DNA of 64,000 nt, from assembly GCA_963783575.1 (NCBI GenBank), contig CAWAOD010000012.1, positions 1 to 64,000 on the forward strand. Direction: 5' to 3'. Positions 9,124-18,880 of the stretch are shown piece after piece. The notes beneath the pieces were generated by a model that saw nothing but the letters and a program-made list of their open reading frames with translations, did no database searches and had not been told where the DNA came from. Within the stretch, counting starts at the first letter, position 1; each line of letters opens with the position of its first letter. The DNA is from an uncultured Spirochaetota bacterium (lineage in GTDB: Bacteria > Spirochaetota > Brevinematia > Brevinematales > JAOACQ01). The translations under genes and the position numbers were made by a program.

Positions 9124-9996
9124 ATGATTATCAATCACAATATCAGCGCTATCTTCACGAATAGACAGTTGTCTATTAACAGCAGAGAGGCTGATAGGAA
9201 CATCGAAAAGCTCTCGTCCGGAATGAAGATCAACAGAGCGGGCGATGACGCATCAGGTCTGGCAGTTTCCGAAAAATTACGCAGCCAGGTTCAGGGATTG
9301 AAAAGAGCCAATCAGAACATTATGGATGGCATATCTTTCATCCAGACTGCTGAAGGTTACTTAGAGGAAAGCCACCAAATTTTACAAAGGTTGAGGGAAT
9401 TGGCTGTCCAGGCTTCCAACGGAATTTACACCACGGAAGACAGAATGCAGATTCAGGTTGAAGTATCCGAGTTAATCAGTGAAGTTGACAGAATCGCATC
9501 CCATGCACAATTTAACGGTTTGAATCTCTTAACCGGAAGGTTTGCAAAATTCACGGGTGAAAATACCGTCGTAGCAAGTATATGGCTGCATATCGGAGCC
9601 AATATGGACCAAAGGGAAAGATTGTATATCGGCACAATGAATACACAGGGTCTCGGCCTTAAATCGCCGGTTGGCAATGCAGAAACCGCATCTTTCATCA
9701 GTTTAAGCACTCCCGATAAAGCTAACATGGTAATCGGAATGATCGATAAGGCGCTTGAAAAAGTTTCCAAACAGAGAGCCGATATGGGTGCTTATCAGAA
9801 CCGCATGGAAAAAGCCGCTAACGGCATAATGGTCGGGTATGAAAATATGCAATCTGCAGAATCTAGGATTAGAGATACTGATATGGCAGAACAGATGTCA
9901 GAATTCGTAAGGGCTCAAATACTTACACAGGCAGCAACAGGGATGCTGGCACAGGCCAATCAGAAACCTCAGTTGATGCTCCAGTTATTGAGATAA
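9124..9996 (+). CDS. flaB: Flagellar filament core protein FlaB
   Basis: [42 protein letters not shown]; 290 aa, spirochaete type. Confidence 0.95.
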   Translation: MIINHNISAIFTNRQLSINSREADRNIEKLSSGMKINRAGDDASGLAVSEKLRSQVQGLKRANQNIMDGISFIQTAEGYLEESHQILQRLRELAVQASNGIYTTEDRMQIQVEVSELISEVDRIASHAQFNGLNLLTGRFAKFTGENTVVASIWLHIGANMDQRERLYIGTMNTQGLGLKSPVGNAETASFISLSTPDKANMVIGMIDKALEKVSKQRADMGAYQNRMEKAANGIMVGYENMQSAESRIRDTDMAEQMSEFVRAQILTQAATGMLAQANQKPQLMLQLLR

Positions 9997-10011
9997 GTTT
10001 TTACAATGATT

Positions 10012-10043
10012 AAGGCGGCGTTTTAAGCGCCGCCTTTTATTTT
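10012..10043 (+). terminator. Intrinsic terminator between convergent flaB and acpS
   Basis: AAGGCGGCG-loop-CGCCGCCTT followed by a T-rich tract. Confidence 0.85.
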
Positions 10044-10053
10044 GACCGATTCG

Positions 10054-10425
10054 TCATTTTAATTCTAAAATTACAACTGCCGAAGCGGTATAATTAGTAT
10101 GGGTCAAACTAATTAATATTTGCGGAGAGCCGATTTTATTCCATTTCTCAAGGGTTTTCCCATAAAGCCTGATAAAAGGTTTGCCGTTTGTTTCATTTAA
10201 AACCTCTATTTCATTAAAATATAACACACCTTCGCCTATACATTTATAATAGGCTTCTTTTGCGCTGAACCGGGCGGCAAGATGAGTAAAAGGATCTATA
10301 AATTTGCCGGAATATTCAAGCTCATGTTTTGTAAAGATTTTTTCAGTAAATCGTGCGCCTCTTTTCTCAAAAACTTTTTTAATCCTTTCAATTTCAACAA
10401 TATCAATCCCAATTCCAATAATCAT
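10054..10425 (-). CDS. acpS: Holo-ACP synthase
   Basis: GIGIDIVEIER, AARFSAKEAYYK, GKP, ISLTH. Confidence 0.95.
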   Translation of the reverse strand: MIIGIGIDIVEIERIKKVFEKRGARFTEKIFTKHELEYSGKFIDPFTHLAARFSAKEAYYKCIGEGVLYFNEIEVLNETNGKPFIRLYGKTLEKWNKIGSPQILISLTHTNYTASAVVILELK

Positions 10426-10709
10426 TTAATTTCCCCACAATGAGTTATTAAGTATCAATTCATTCTTTCATGGTATTATAAAGACAAGTTTTATTTTAAA
10501 CAATTCCAGTCCTGTTACAAAATGAATTATTATTTTACTAAAACTTAGAATTCAAAATAATCACTCTGTTTTACCATTGTATACAAATGTACAAAATTCT
10601 AAAAAAAATAACAATAAATTGTGTCATAATGATACATCAATTACCTGTTAATTAATTAGAATAAAACATTTAATTTATTTAATTTGTTATACTTATAAAA
10701 AATGAACTA

Positions 10710-10725
10710 TGGCACAACTATTGCT
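10710..10725 (+). promoter_or_regulatory. Sigma-54 (RpoN) -24/-12 promoter
   Basis: TGGCAC-AACTA-TTGCT, an exact match to TGGCAC-N5-TTGCW, 25 bp before ATG 10751. Confidence 0.85.
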
Positions 10726-10750
10726 AAAATACTTCTGGAGGGTTAATAAT

Positions 10751-11647
10751 ATGATTAAAAAAGCAATAAATGAAAAAGAAAGGGCTTTAAAATTTGACAG
10801 ATATGATAAAATTTTAAGGACTAATGCAATATCTCTCTATCTAAAAGAGATCGATAAGATTCCTCTATTAACTAGGGAACAGGAAATTGATCTTTCAATG
10901 AAAGCTGAAATGGGCGATAAAGAATCCAAAGACAGGTTAATAATATCCAATTTAAGATTTGTGATTTCAATTGCAAAAAAATACCAGGGATACGGTATTC
11001 CACTGTCGGATCTTATAAGTGAAGGAAATATCGGTTTAATAGCGGCAGTTGATAAATTTGATTATAAAAAAGGTTTTCATTTTATATCATATGCTATTTG
11101 GTGGATTAAACAGTCGATAATGAAAGCAATTTCAGACAAATCAAGGATTGTAAGGCTTCCAATGAACCGGACAAATGAATTGATACATATCTGGCAATAT
11201 ATTGATGAATATAGAAAAAATAACAGCAAAAAGCCAACGGATGAAATGATAGCCAAATATATGTCTATGGAAAAAAGTGAAGTAAAAAAGATTCTGGATT
11301 TTTCCCAATCACATTCATCGCTTGAAGAGATTTATTTTAATGATGACAGTAATGATGGATTTTCCAGTGAGTCATTTTTTTCACAGGACGAAAACCATCC
11401 TGATGAGATAGTAATTCAGGAATCACTTCATGAGGGTATAGATAAAATTCTCAGCAAATTACCAACTCGTGAAAGAAAAATAATAGAATACCGCTTCGGG
11501 TTGAACGGTGAAGAACCGCAATCTTTATCTTCAATCGGAGAAAAACTGAACCTTACAAAGGAAAGAATCCGGCAAATTGAGCAATGGGCAATTAATGAAC
11601 TCAGGAATTTGAAAGAAAGCTCATATCTATACACTTACTTAAATTAA
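10751..11647 (+). CDS. Group 2 sigma-70 factor (RpoS-like)
   Basis: YLKEI..IPLLT, NLRFVISIAKKY, DLISEGNIGL, SYAIWWIKQ, LTKERIRQIE; no region 1.1; GGAGGG RBS before 10751. Confidence 0.85.
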   Translation: MIKKAINEKERALKFDRYDKILRTNAISLYLKEIDKIPLLTREQEIDLSMKAEMGDKESKDRLIISNLRFVISIAKKYQGYGIPLSDLISEGNIGLIAAVDKFDYKKGFHFISYAIWWIKQSIMKAISDKSRIVRLPMNRTNELIHIWQYIDEYRKNNSKKPTDEMIAKYMSMEKSEVKKILDFSQSHSSLEEIYFNDDSNDGFSSESFFSQDENHPDEIVIQESLHEGIDKILSKLPTRERKIIEYRFGLNGEEPQSLSSIGEKLNLTKERIRQIEQWAINELRNLKESSYLYTYLN

Positions 11648-11887
11648 TTTTATCTTAGCAGCTATACATTTTTCAATTAACAGGGTAATATCCGGGAAAA
11701 TAATTAATTTATTTATGAAACCTATCATTTAACTATCTATACTCAAATATAATATTTATTTCTTTTCAAAAAAATTATTATCAAGTATAATAAATCTCAT
11801 TAAAACATACTCTTTATAATAAAAAGGAACTGGTACTTTTATAAATGAGTTTTTTAGAAGTGTAAGCTTCAGGAGGTTATTTTTCAA

Positions 11888-13264
11888 ATGTCCGGAATTA
11901 ATATAACTTCTTTATTATGGATTTCAATTATTATATTTGTAATAGGTCTAATAATAATGCTGATTATGAATTTTTTAAAAAAAGACAATGCCCTGGCTGT
12001 AATTGAAAAGAATTTAAAAGAAGGATATTATAAAAAAGCCTTGAATTTATCATTAAAATATGTTAACGAAAATCCGAATGATTTTCTTATTAAATTTTAT
12101 ATAGCCCAGGCTTACGAAGGATTAAAAGAAATTCAATTAGCCATTCAATATTTTGAAAAAGCATCAATTACCGCATCACTATCATCCCAGGATGATATTA
12201 AAACTCAGATATTTTTAAAAATAGCGGAACTTTATAAAAAAACAAAAAGATTTAATGAAGCGCTAGGATATTATGTCCTGGCTCTGGAAAAAGACCCGAA
12301 AAATTCAAAGGCTCTGCTATCCGCATCCGAATTATTATTTGAAATGAAAAATTACAAAAAAGCAAAGGATTACCTTGAATCTGCAATAAAAATAAAACCC
12401 GATAATTTAAGGGCAAGATTTATACTTGCAAAAGTCTATATTTTTTTGAATTATCTTCAAGATGCGGCCAATCAACTGGAATATATTTTACAGAACATAA
12501 AAGTTAATGACGAAGTACTAATAGCAAACTCCACTCTTCTTTTAGCGGATGTCTTTTTATCATTAAAAAATTATCAAAAAGCCATACAAACCCTAAAACC
12601 TTTCCTTGAAAACAGCGATCAATTTGAGAGCATCCTTAATAAAATAATTGAAATATATATTAAAATGGGACAAACCAGACAGGCTGTTGAAATGGCTAAT
12701 AGTAATATGAACAGGGTTTCAAAACAAAAAGAAGCAGAAATTTTATATTTAATAGCAGCCGCTTATTTTAAAGAGGGGGATATTTATAGAGCCGTAAAGA
12801 TCTGGGAAGAAGCTTTTAAGAAAAACCCGGTTTATAAAGATTTAAAAAATCTTGTCAATCGCTATTTATACATAATACACAATCCTTCACTGGAGCCTTT
12901 GTTTTCAAAAAATGAAGGCGTTTTTGGAGAGTTCGCAATTAAACTCCTTAAGGTTCCATATATCAAGCAAACTATTAAGAAAGATACATTCTGGGCTTTC
13001 GAATCGGGGGAAAAAAGCTACGTTATATATAAAAGACCTTATCCCATACCTACTTCCGAATTAATTGAGGTCCAGAGAGTGATTAATCAAAATTTCAAGG
13101 CAAACACTCTTTTCACACTTTATTCTCTTTACGGAATTACTAACGATACAAATACCTCAAACACAAGTTACAATGCCAATAAAATGGAATTAGTGGCCGA
13201 CTCGGATTTTATCAATTCTGTAAACGGGGTGTTCTCAAACAATTCACCGCATTCTGAGAATTGA
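11888..13264 (+). CDS. Membrane-anchored tetratricopeptide repeat protein
   Basis: N-terminal TM helix and several TPR-like repeats (A..YF..A, KDPKN, IKPDN). Confidence 0.8.
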   Translation: MSGINITSLLWISIIIFVIGLIIMLIMNFLKKDNALAVIEKNLKEGYYKKALNLSLKYVNENPNDFLIKFYIAQAYEGLKEIQLAIQYFEKASITASLSSQDDIKTQIFLKIAELYKKTKRFNEALGYYVLALEKDPKNSKALLSASELLFEMKNYKKAKDYLESAIKIKPDNLRARFILAKVYIFLNYLQDAANQLEYILQNIKVNDEVLIANSTLLLADVFLSLKNYQKAIQTLKPFLENSDQFESILNKIIEIYIKMGQTRQAVEMANSNMNRVSKQKEAEILYLIAAAYFKEGDIYRAVKIWEEAFKKNPVYKDLKNLVNRYLYIIHNPSLEPLFSKNEGVFGEFAIKLLKVPYIKQTIKKDTFWAFESGEKSYVIYKRPYPIPTSELIEVQRVINQNFKANTLFTLYSLYGITNDTNTSNTSYNANKMELVADSDFINSVNGVFSNNSPHSEN

Positions 13265-13324
13265 TTATACTAAATAAAGTTGAATTAGCATTACAGAAGG
13301 GCCTGTTCTAAGCCTTGCGCTGAT

Positions 13325-13379
13325 GGTTCGACCTGTCTACCGTCTACCTGCCGGAGATCCCGGCGTAGGCAGGCTCACC
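13325..13379. repeat. Nested REP-like palindromic element
   Basis: GGTTCG/CTCACC shell around CCTGTCTACCG-TCTACCTGCCGGAGATCCCGGCGTAGGCAGG; near-identical reverse copy at about 54407-54451. Confidence 0.75.
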
Positions 13380-13387
13380 AGAAGCAT

Positions 13388-13471
13388 TGCCGAAGGGGGG
13401 GGTCGAACCCCCACGAGATTGCTCTCACTGGATTTTGAGTCCAGCGCGTCTGCCAGTTCCGCCACTTCGGC
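13388..13471 (-). tRNA. tRNA-Leu(CAA)
   Basis: GCCGAAG acceptor stem, CT-CAA-AA loop, long variable arm, GTTCGA. Confidence 0.95.
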
Positions 13472-13482
13472 TTAGAAATAAA

Positions 13483-14748
13483 TTATTTTGTTTTTATTAA
13501 TGGCAGCCTGGTTTTTGACTTGAATTTTATTTTTCCAATGAGAAAATTAATTGTTGTTTCAAGTTTTGCCGTTTCAGTAATGGAATCCCATTCATCTTTT
13601 GAAGCTTTTTCCTTATATTCATCAAGACTCATTTTATGTTCTTTCGCATAAGAAGCGGCCACATTGTCAATAGCCGATTTTTCCGGCTGTATCGATTGTT
13701 TATTGGCAATATCATCAATAGCTAAATAGAATACGATCCCCTGATATATTTTATCGGGTAATAGAGAAAACTCATCCCTTATTTTTTTATCGGAAAGAAG
13801 GCTGTTTAAAGAAATTTCAGTAACAAAAAAATTATTTTCAATAAATTTTAATACTTCGTTCCTGGAATCTTTGATAAAATTGGTCTTTGGGAATTCCGCT
13901 TTTGCGGTTTTACTTATGTATGACATAAGCGCTGTTTTTTTGCTGATAATATTAAACTCCTGTTCCATATTATCAAATTTATTTTTCATTGCATTTCTAT
14001 ATTCGGTTACTGTCTTGAAGGCAGACACCTGCGAGACAAGTTCATCCGTAATCTCCTGTATTGAAGGCCTCTCTACTTTAATAATTTCAATTTCAATCTC
14101 ATTATCGATTTTACCAAGAAAGTCCACAACATATGAATCCAGATCGGAGAAAGATAATTTTATTTTATCACCGATCTTTTTCCCGATAAGTGTTTTTACT
14201 ATGCTGCTGTCAAAACTTTTCTCTTTTTCACCGGTAAAATTTTGATTTAAAATATTTACTGTAACATTATCTTCATTTTCAATTTTTCCGGTTACCTGGT
14301 TTAAAGTTTTAAAATCTTTTTGAATGGAATAATCTATCATTTTATCATCATAATAGTATTCTTCATATTCGACTAAGGCCGAATCAATGTCTATATTTTC
14401 AATCACGCTCGGAACAATATCAAATATTATGGAAAAGGAAAATGGATTCCCTTTTGTCAGATTCTGGAAAGGCTTAAACCTTGGTTCCGAGTACATATAG
14501 ATGCCATCGGAATTCAATTTTTCAGCGGCCTTCATTACCATATTATTAACAATCGACCTCATTAAATCATCCGAATAATTTTTTTCAATAAGATCAAAAG
14601 GAACTTTACCTATTCTGTAACCCGGGAACTGCACTTTTTTCTGAAGTGCCGCCAGGGCCGTTTCATATTCAGCATTCACCTCTTCAGGCTTAAAGTTAAC
14701 ATATACCTGCCTCAGGCAGTCCGTAAACTCTTTTACAAAAATATCCAT
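13483..14748 (-). CDS. tig: Trigger factor (divergent)
   Basis: [10 protein letters not shown] variant of the GFRxGKxP ribosome-binding loop; start at 14748 after GGAGAG. Confidence 0.85.
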   Translation of the reverse strand: MDIFVKEFTDCLRQVYVNFKPEEVNAEYETALAALQKKVQFPGYRIGKVPFDLIEKNYSDDLMRSIVNNMVMKAAEKLNSDGIYMYSEPRFKPFQNLTKGNPFSFSIIFDIVPSVIENIDIDSALVEYEEYYYDDKMIDYSIQKDFKTLNQVTGKIENEDNVTVNILNQNFTGEKEKSFDSSIVKTLIGKKIGDKIKLSFSDLDSYVVDFLGKIDNEIEIEIIKVERPSIQEITDELVSQVSAFKTVTEYRNAMKNKFDNMEQEFNIISKKTALMSYISKTAKAEFPKTNFIKDSRNEVLKFIENNFFVTEISLNSLLSDKKIRDEFSLLPDKIYQGIVFYLAIDDIANKQSIQPEKSAIDNVAASYAKEHKMSLDEYKEKASKDEWDSITETAKLETTINFLIGKIKFKSKTRLPLIKTK

Positions 14749-14790
14749 TTTACTCTCCGGTAAATTAAAAATGCCCTTATAAAAAAAAAC

Positions 14791-14863
14791 AGCGGAAAAC
14801 GGGATTCGAACCCGCGACATCCACCTTGGCAAGGTGGCGCTCTACCAACTGAGCTATTTCCGC
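14791..14863 (-). tRNA. tRNA-Gly(GCC)
   Basis: GCGGAAATAGCTCAGTTGGTAGAGC...TT-GCC-AA...GTTCGAATCCCG. Confidence 0.95.
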
Positions 14864-14895
14864 AATGTAATTTAACCTACGTTTTTCTTTGTTTT

Positions 14896-14943
14896 AACAA
14901 GCGTGACCTGTCTGCCGCCAGGCAGGCTGCTTGACCCGGTTAA
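14896..14943. repeat. REP-like element with one nested insertion
   Basis: AACAAGCGTG[ACCTGTCTGCCGCCAGGCAGG]CTGCTTGACCCGGTT; related to 48627, 54384 and 62793. Confidence 0.75.
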
Positions 14944-15228
14944 TTCATCGCAGTCTTGCTGCGATTCCTTTCTCAACTCCTGTACAATACCCCGCCGCTT
15001 AATGCGGGATATTTTAAATAAAGCGGAAATATTATAAATAATTCTTGCTGTCATGTCAATTTTGAATAAGGGTATTTTATTATATAGTGCCTGAACGAAA
15101 ATTGATTTATACATTGATATTAATAATAACAAAGACATTTTTCTATATCAAAGATTTAATATAACCACAGAGGCACGGAGATTGTTTTAGTTATGTCAAG
15201 TAAAAACTTAAAAATTTTTGTAATTTTT

Positions 15229-16620
15229 TCAAATATTGACAATCCCCGGTATTTTATTATAATATTCTTGAGTAAGAACGGGAGAAAATGGAGGTGTTGT
15301 TTGCGGAGATTCTCCGCGGGGTTTATTCCATTTTGCCACCCCATTTTCTTCCATATTATTTATACTCAGGCTATTTTTTTCACATTCCAAAATATATTGT
15401 TGTTTTAAAGTCCTGAATATTATGCGAATCAAAGCCCTGGCTACTCTTTTATATGCTTCCAGATTGCTCATTCCTCTCTTTATGAAATTTATGAACATTC
15501 CTGTTAAGCGATGGTCCTTATTCCAAAAAACAACCTGCTTAGCTGCGTTAATCATTGCATTTTTCAGTCTTCGATTATATCCAAGAAAATGTTTCAGTTT
15601 CTTTCTTTTACCCGGTTTGTCCCTTTTTCCAGTTTCATCTTCAATCATACCTAATCCCGCATATAGCGCAAGGCTGTCTTCTTTTACAAACCGGCCTATA
15701 TGGACAATTTCAGCAACAATTGTGGATGCTATTAGTGCTCCAATACCTTTTAATCCGGTATGATTATCCTTGTTATACATTAATGCTTTTATAGTATTTC
15801 TTTCTCCGGCCAAAGATTCAATCACTTTCTCAATCTCTTTCTTCTGCTTTTTTAACCGCAATAGATTATCAGAAAGATGCCTGATTATCAAAACTAAACT
15901 GCCTGGAAGAGGCTGTATCTTTTGTGAAATCTGTTGAAGCATTGAAATAATTTTTTCACGACCTTTATATTGTCCTCCCCCCATCAGTTTAATCATTTCT
16001 TCACGTTTCAATTCCTTCCATTTATCAAGCTCCGGACAATTGTTTAATAAATTCAATACCCCTATATTGTCCAATATCTTGCTTTTGTTGTCTGTTTCCT
16101 TGTTCTTACCTCCAAAGAATAAGTAGATATCGGGTGAACTGTCATGCAATACCTTCCATAAGTCAGAAATATCCATATTAATCTTTTTGTTTACCTTTTC
16201 ATGGCTTCTGGTTATAATCTGCAATTCCTCATCGACAGCGAACACTCTTTTCCATCTGTCCAGAGAGCCGTTCCTTTCGTATTCCATTGCAAGCAGTGCT
16301 GCCGCATGCGCGTCTTTCTCATTGTTTTTCCCTGGCAACAGTTGGCTCTGTCTCTTGCGTTCAACATCAATTGGCTTAAATGAATAAAATACTACATTAT
16401 TTTTTCGTAAAACCTTCTCAATTGGTTTACTTTGCCCATTACTTCCTTCAATAGAAATTGTAACATCACCCTTGCTTTTTACCCATTGAACAAACCTGTC
16501 CAAACTATCAGTTGTAATTGGGAAAGCTTTTCTTTCCGGATTTCCTCCTTCAGCCCTTATAAACATACACACAAATTGTTCTGAATCCGGATCGATTCCG
16601 ATTGCATCTCTTACTAGCAT
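15229..16620 (-). CDS. IS110-family recombinase/transposase
   Basis: GIDPD, IEGS, KNNEKDA, KGIG, EIVHIGRF, LYAGL, RVARAL. Confidence 0.9.
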   Translation of the reverse strand: MLVRDAIGIDPDSEQFVCMFIRAEGGNPERKAFPITTDSLDRFVQWVKSKGDVTISIEGSNGQSKPIEKVLRKNNVVFYSFKPIDVERKRQSQLLPGKNNEKDAHAAALLAMEYERNGSLDRWKRVFAVDEELQIITRSHEKVNKKINMDISDLWKVLHDSSPDIYLFFGGKNKETDNKSKILDNIGVLNLLNNCPELDKWKELKREEMIKLMGGGQYKGREKIISMLQQISQKIQPLPGSLVLIIRHLSDNLLRLKKQKKEIEKVIESLAGERNTIKALMYNKDNHTGLKGIGALIASTIVAEIVHIGRFVKEDSLALYAGLGMIEDETGKRDKPGKRKKLKHFLGYNRRLKNAMINAAKQVVFWNKDHRLTGMFINFIKRGMSNLEAYKRVARALIRIIFRTLKQQYILECEKNSLSINNMEENGVAKWNKPRGESPQTTPPFSPVLTQEYYNKIPGIVNI

Positions 16621-16850
16621 TTTTTCCTCCTTAGTAATAAAATTATTGGCCGTTCCATTCTAGCACCCTTGTAATGAGCATCAGGCTAATTTTGCATAAA
16701 ATGCCTGGCAATTGTTTTAAGAGTCTAAAACGGCCCTTATGGAGTTGGCAATCTCCGTGTCAGCACTCTTTTTAAAGGCACTCACAGAGTAAGCAACAAC
16801 TTCCATAAGGTATTATACTACCGAGGAAAAAATTTAGAAAACTTTATTTT
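16621..16850 (-). ncRNA. Putative IS110 bridge RNA
   Basis: Two large stem-loops (CCTTATGGAAGTTG/CAACTCCATAAGG and GGCCGTT/AACGGCC) whose loops match the target flanks and the IS ends; RNA boundaries approximate. Confidence 0.8.
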
Positions 16851-17096
16851 ACTAAATATAGTTTACAAGACACGAAGATCGTTACCATCGGCATTTTATT
16901 AAGTTACAAATAAAATTTAAAACTCCGTGACTGTGACTCTGTGGTAAAATTTGAATTTCCGTTTAAGAACTATATAAAAAAATAAGACAGGCCTGAATAT
17001 TGCGCCCCAGCATTAAATATCAAACAGACACCGCGAAACCGGAAATAACTTATTAAAACACGCCGGAAAATTTTCTTTGTATTCATAAAAATATAT

Positions 17097-17126
17097 TTGA
17101 CAGACCGTTAAAGGCCATGCTATAAT
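17097..17126 (+). promoter_or_regulatory. Sigma-70 promoter at the head of the cassette-like array
   Basis: TTGACA-N18-TATAAT with extended -10 TG. Confidence 0.7.
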
Positions 17127-17135
17127 CTTTCCAGT

Positions 17136-17185
17136 GGGGAAATGTGCCGTATAGCGATATGCTTGCCGCGAATTTCCCCTTTTTT
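17136..17185 (+). terminator. Hairpin plus T tract directly after the promoter
   Basis: GGGGAAAT...ATTTCCCC-TTTTTT. Confidence 0.6.
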
Positions 17186-17325
17186 ATTTATATAGTTTGC
17201 TATGATTTAGTAGGGGTAGATTTGGAGATTAATCTGGGTTTTATTTGAGGGAAAGAGGAATTATTATTGTTGTTTTTACAAGTTATATGTAATTCAATAT
17301 TATAATTATATATTGAGAGGGAAAT

Positions 17326-18390
17326 ATGATATGGGATACAATTATTAAGAATGAAGATGGATCTTATATTATACCTTCTAACTGGATATTTCCTTATTAT
17401 TATGAAGCTTTAAATATTTTATTCAGGATAGAAAATGCGTTGCGAGTTTTTGTTTATATCATTTTAAAAAAGGAGTTGAATGAAAAGTGGGATGATATTA
17501 CTATTAATACTGATGAAAGTAGTAGTAGTACATTAAAAGCAATTGCAAAGAAAAGAATTGAACAAGATAGTATATTTGGATATATTGGTTATGATATTAC
17601 ATCTCCTATGTTATATTTAACAAGTGGAGAACTTATTAGAATAATTACTTCTGATGGATATTGGAAATATTTTAAAAATTACTTTCAAGGAAGTAAAGAA
17701 ATAATAAAAAATAAATTAGATGAAATAAATAATATAAGAAATGCTTTATCTCATTTCAGACCAATAAAAATTGATGATATAGATGTTATAAAACAAAATT
17801 CTAAACATGTTTTATTATCAATTGAATCATTTCTTATAGATATTATTTCTTGCTCCAAAAGAATTCCGTCGAATACAACTGATGAGTGGTACAAAAAAAT
17901 TACTTCAATATCTTCTGATTTAATAACTTTATCTTTGACACAAAACGATAAAGAAGATTGGGTAAAAATTAAATTAAAGGTTAAGCTAAATATTTTACAA
18001 AGATCACGTTCACCTCGCATATATAAATATTTTATTGTTTCTAATTTAATAACTCCAAGAATTATTTCACACATGCCAATATCTTCAATATTCCATATAT
18101 TAATTTTGAAAATATTGAAAATAAAAGAAATTGAATTGATGAAAGAAGATATAATGGCTCGTGGTGATTTATTAACTATAAATAATATTAAAGCGCAAAC
18201 TATAAAAGTTGAAGAAGACGGTTCAAATCATTGGTATGTTGATCCTAGTGAACTATATATAACAACTGAAAAAGAAAAGTGTGCAGAGTTTTGGGGTAAA
18301 ATGTATACTTTTATTAACAATGATTTTATATCGCATAGTAATAAATATCCATGGATCCCTATTGATATAGCTAGATGGGATTTATTCTAA
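17326..18390 (+). CDS. Swt1-like HEPN domain protein (putative RNase, possible defence cassette)
   Basis: IENALR, YLTSGELIRII..YW..F and RNALSH (R-x4-H); very low GC. Confidence 0.7.
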   Translation: MIWDTIIKNEDGSYIIPSNWIFPYYYEALNILFRIENALRVFVYIILKKELNEKWDDITINTDESSSSTLKAIAKKRIEQDSIFGYIGYDITSPMLYLTSGELIRIITSDGYWKYFKNYFQGSKEIIKNKLDEINNIRNALSHFRPIKIDDIDVIKQNSKHVLLSIESFLIDIISCSKRIPSNTTDEWYKKITSISSDLITLSLTQNDKEDWVKIKLKVKLNILQRSRSPRIYKYFIVSNLITPRIISHMPISSIFHILILKILKIKEIELMKEDIMARGDLLTINNIKAQTIKVEEDGSNHWYVDPSELYITTEKEKCAEFWGKMYTFINNDFISHSNKYPWIPIDIARWDLF

Positions 18391-18407
18391 AAAATCAAAT
18401 AAACCTT

Positions 18408-18580
18408 ATATAACATGAATATGTAGACCGGTTATTTAAGGCTGCTTTTGATTTATAGAATAAATTAATTCGAAATTAATATTTTTATTCATCTGGTTTG
18501 CTATGTTTTAGTATGGGTGGATTTGGCGATTGATCTGGATTTTATTTGAGGGGGCGAGGGCCGGATATTTTGAGTTGTAC
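18408..18580 (+). repeat. Degenerate attC-like site
   Basis: ATATAAC...GTTGTAC; 18496-18558 resembles 17195-17258. Confidence 0.55.
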
Positions 18581-18659
18581 GAAAGGCATGGCAAAGCTGA
18601 TTATTTATAATTTCCGCCATCCTTGGCGGACAAAGATTTTGAAAGGAGGTGGTATGATA

Positions 18660-18880
18660 AAAAAGGTTGAAAAATAAAAGAGCCCGCATCAAAATAGATG
18701 AGGGCTCTGAATAGGACAAAGATCGAATCAATTTGTGGGGATAAACCCCGTTAGGAGTATGATCGAATCCTTGTCCGAACCACCATTTTGAGGATAAACC
18801 TCGTATTGGAGTATGGTAATTTTTCAACCGGATTAATATACCACTAAAAGATTCAGGCCTCCCAAATAAATTAGGGAGGA
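18660..18880 (+). ncRNA. Putative guide (bridge-like) RNA region of the second IS110
   Basis: GGTTGAAAAAT/ATTTTTCAACC closing stem; twin hairpins GGGGATAAACCCC and GAGGATAAACCTC, each followed by GGAGTATG. Confidence 0.6.

Larger units (their letters stand above)
15181..16869 (-). mobile_element. IS110-family element inserted in a REP-like repeat (core CT on the minus strand)
   Basis: Removing it restores ACCACAGAGGCACGGAGACACGAAG, whose inverted partner lies at about 16923-16945; joined ends give TTGACA-N17-TAAACT. Confidence 0.88.

Noticed and set aside
10709..10750. Upstream start of the sigma factor gene
   Set aside because: It overlaps the sigma-54 promoter; the RBS precedes ATG 10751.
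14749..14832. N-terminal extension of tig in the ORF track
   Set aside because: It overlaps tRNA-Gly; the RBS supports ATG 14748.
14987..15014. IS200/IS605-like end hairpin (ATACCCCGC...GCGGGATAT)
   Set aside because: A single short hairpin with no partner end or tnpA/tnpB nearby; insufficient support.
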